From: Phaeosaccion multiseriatum
Taxonomy: Eukaryota; Protista; Ochrophyta, other classes
Reading direction: 5' to 3'
Assembly (NCBI GenBank): GCA_965112735.1
Contig: OZ218952.1
Span: forward strand, 1,054,001 to 1,118,000
Length of the DNA: 64,000 nt
Made by a program: the position numbers and the translations under genes. Every line of letters begins with the position of its first letter. The stretch's first letter is position 1. Below, piece after piece: positions 62,924 to 64,000 of this stretch. A model generated the notes under the pieces. It was not told the DNA's origin. It ran no database searches and was given only the letters and a program-made list of their open reading frames with translations.

Positions 62924-63623
62924 CTAGCTAGCTAGACAGGTCGAAGGCGGGCGTGATAGGCCCTCGTCGGGAGGCGGGGCAGAGAGCGGTTTAGCTAGTG
63001 GCTGGCAGGCTCGTTAGCAACTCGAGGTAGTTAGAAAGGAGAGCAAGAAGAAAGAGGAGGAGGGTCGTTGCCGTGACAGACACACGCGCACCCCACAGCT
63101 GGTGGTAGCAAGGCAGGGGTGAGCGCTCTGGGGGGGGGGGATGTCAGCACCAGCCAGGGGAGGCACACATGACCAGCCACGGCCAGCCAGCAGACTGCCT
63201 TGACTTGCCTCATCCAGAGGGCGGGCACTTCCATCGAGGCAGGGGGTCACTCGAGAGGGTGGGCACTTTGCTTCTCCTTTCACACCCGACCCTACGCGGT
63301 CTCGCACGCACCCACGCCGTTGTCTTGCCGCAGTGGGCAGCAGTGTATGGCAAGCGTGTCCGGTCAACAGGCACAAGTTGTGTTACACAGCCCAAAGGAA
63401 GCTTGTTGCAAACAATTCGGGGATTGACGATTATTCTTAGAAAACCTGGGTGCACAGAAGGAATGCGGAGAGGGAGGGGGAAGGAACCTCAACCCCTTGT
63501 GTCGTCGATTGTCGACCGTTACCCGACCGGCCCGACCGTCCCGCCCAAACAGGCAAGCTGAAACTGAAACCGAAACTGTTACTTTGGGGGGGCGGGGATC
63601 ATTTTATCGGATTTTGTTGTACC

Positions 63624-63964
63624 ATGGCGGCGAAGGCTCGGCGCCGCTCTTCGCTCCTCGATGATCTTGTCCGGCGTAAGTCGCAGGTGGGTTTGTGTCG
63701 GCGTCGAAAACTGTTAGAGCAAGCCCCACGCGGTTTAAAGTTTTTTTTTCTCTCTCTTGATCAAAGCCTCTGTCTGACAAAGGCTTGCTAATAACGGACC
63801 ACACGTTCTTGTCTGCCACATCTATCGCTCTGTCGTGTCTTACGGGCTACAGATCGGGCCGCAGGTGGCCGAGATCGACTCCAATCCGCACCGGTTGGCG
63901 CAGTTCGGCATACTCGACCTGCTCAAGAAGAACATCGACGGGGGCTTTGAAGTCAACACACCAG
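63624..63964 (+). CDS. 5' part of an unidentified spliced gene running off the window
   Basis: ACCATGG start, MAAKARRRSSLLDDLVRRKSQ|GT; acceptor at 63851-63852 continues in frame IGPQVAEIDSNPHRLAQFGILDLLKKNIDGGFEVNTP|GTAATG. Confidence 0.55.
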
Positions 63965-64000
63965 GTAATGTACAAAAAGCAGAAGGAAAATGAGGACAGG

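Noticed and set aside
1-64000. Transposase, reverse transcriptase, viral, tRNA or rRNA genes
   Set aside because: No recognisable motifs were seen by eye; a dedicated scan could still find degenerate copies.

Overview
Eukaryotic nuclear DNA from an alga with a secondary plastid, probably an ochrophyte/stramenopile (bipartite plastid-targeting peptide with an A-F motif, GT-AG introns, no prokaryotic operon features). About 17 protein-coding genes can be assembled by eye: a thylakoid-lumen protein, a UBZ-finger/MgsA-C-like protein, a 17-kb multi-exon ABCA transporter, YnfA, a saccharopine dehydrogenase-like oxidoreductase, BUD13, COX10, an HSP20-family protein, MDP-1, a PH-like protein, a Kelch protein, an ING-family PHD protein, AP-4 epsilon, Nup35/53, TIPIN, an ABCG half transporter and a partial gene at the right edge. 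Intergenic gaps are short and five pairs are head-to-head, while introns are filled with micro- and minisatellites. Most ORFs in the supplied track are artefacts of these repeats. The main unexplained signals are: (1) a dispersed DNA word, (CA)GTTGGTGATAC(A), with 11 exact copies in exons (different frames and strands), introns and intergenic DNA, repeatedly sitting just after 5' splice sites; (2) an intergenic structured RNA candidate at about 34.38-34.62 kb; (3) a possible MDP-1/HSP20 fusion. Exon coordinates were read manually and may be off by a few bases.
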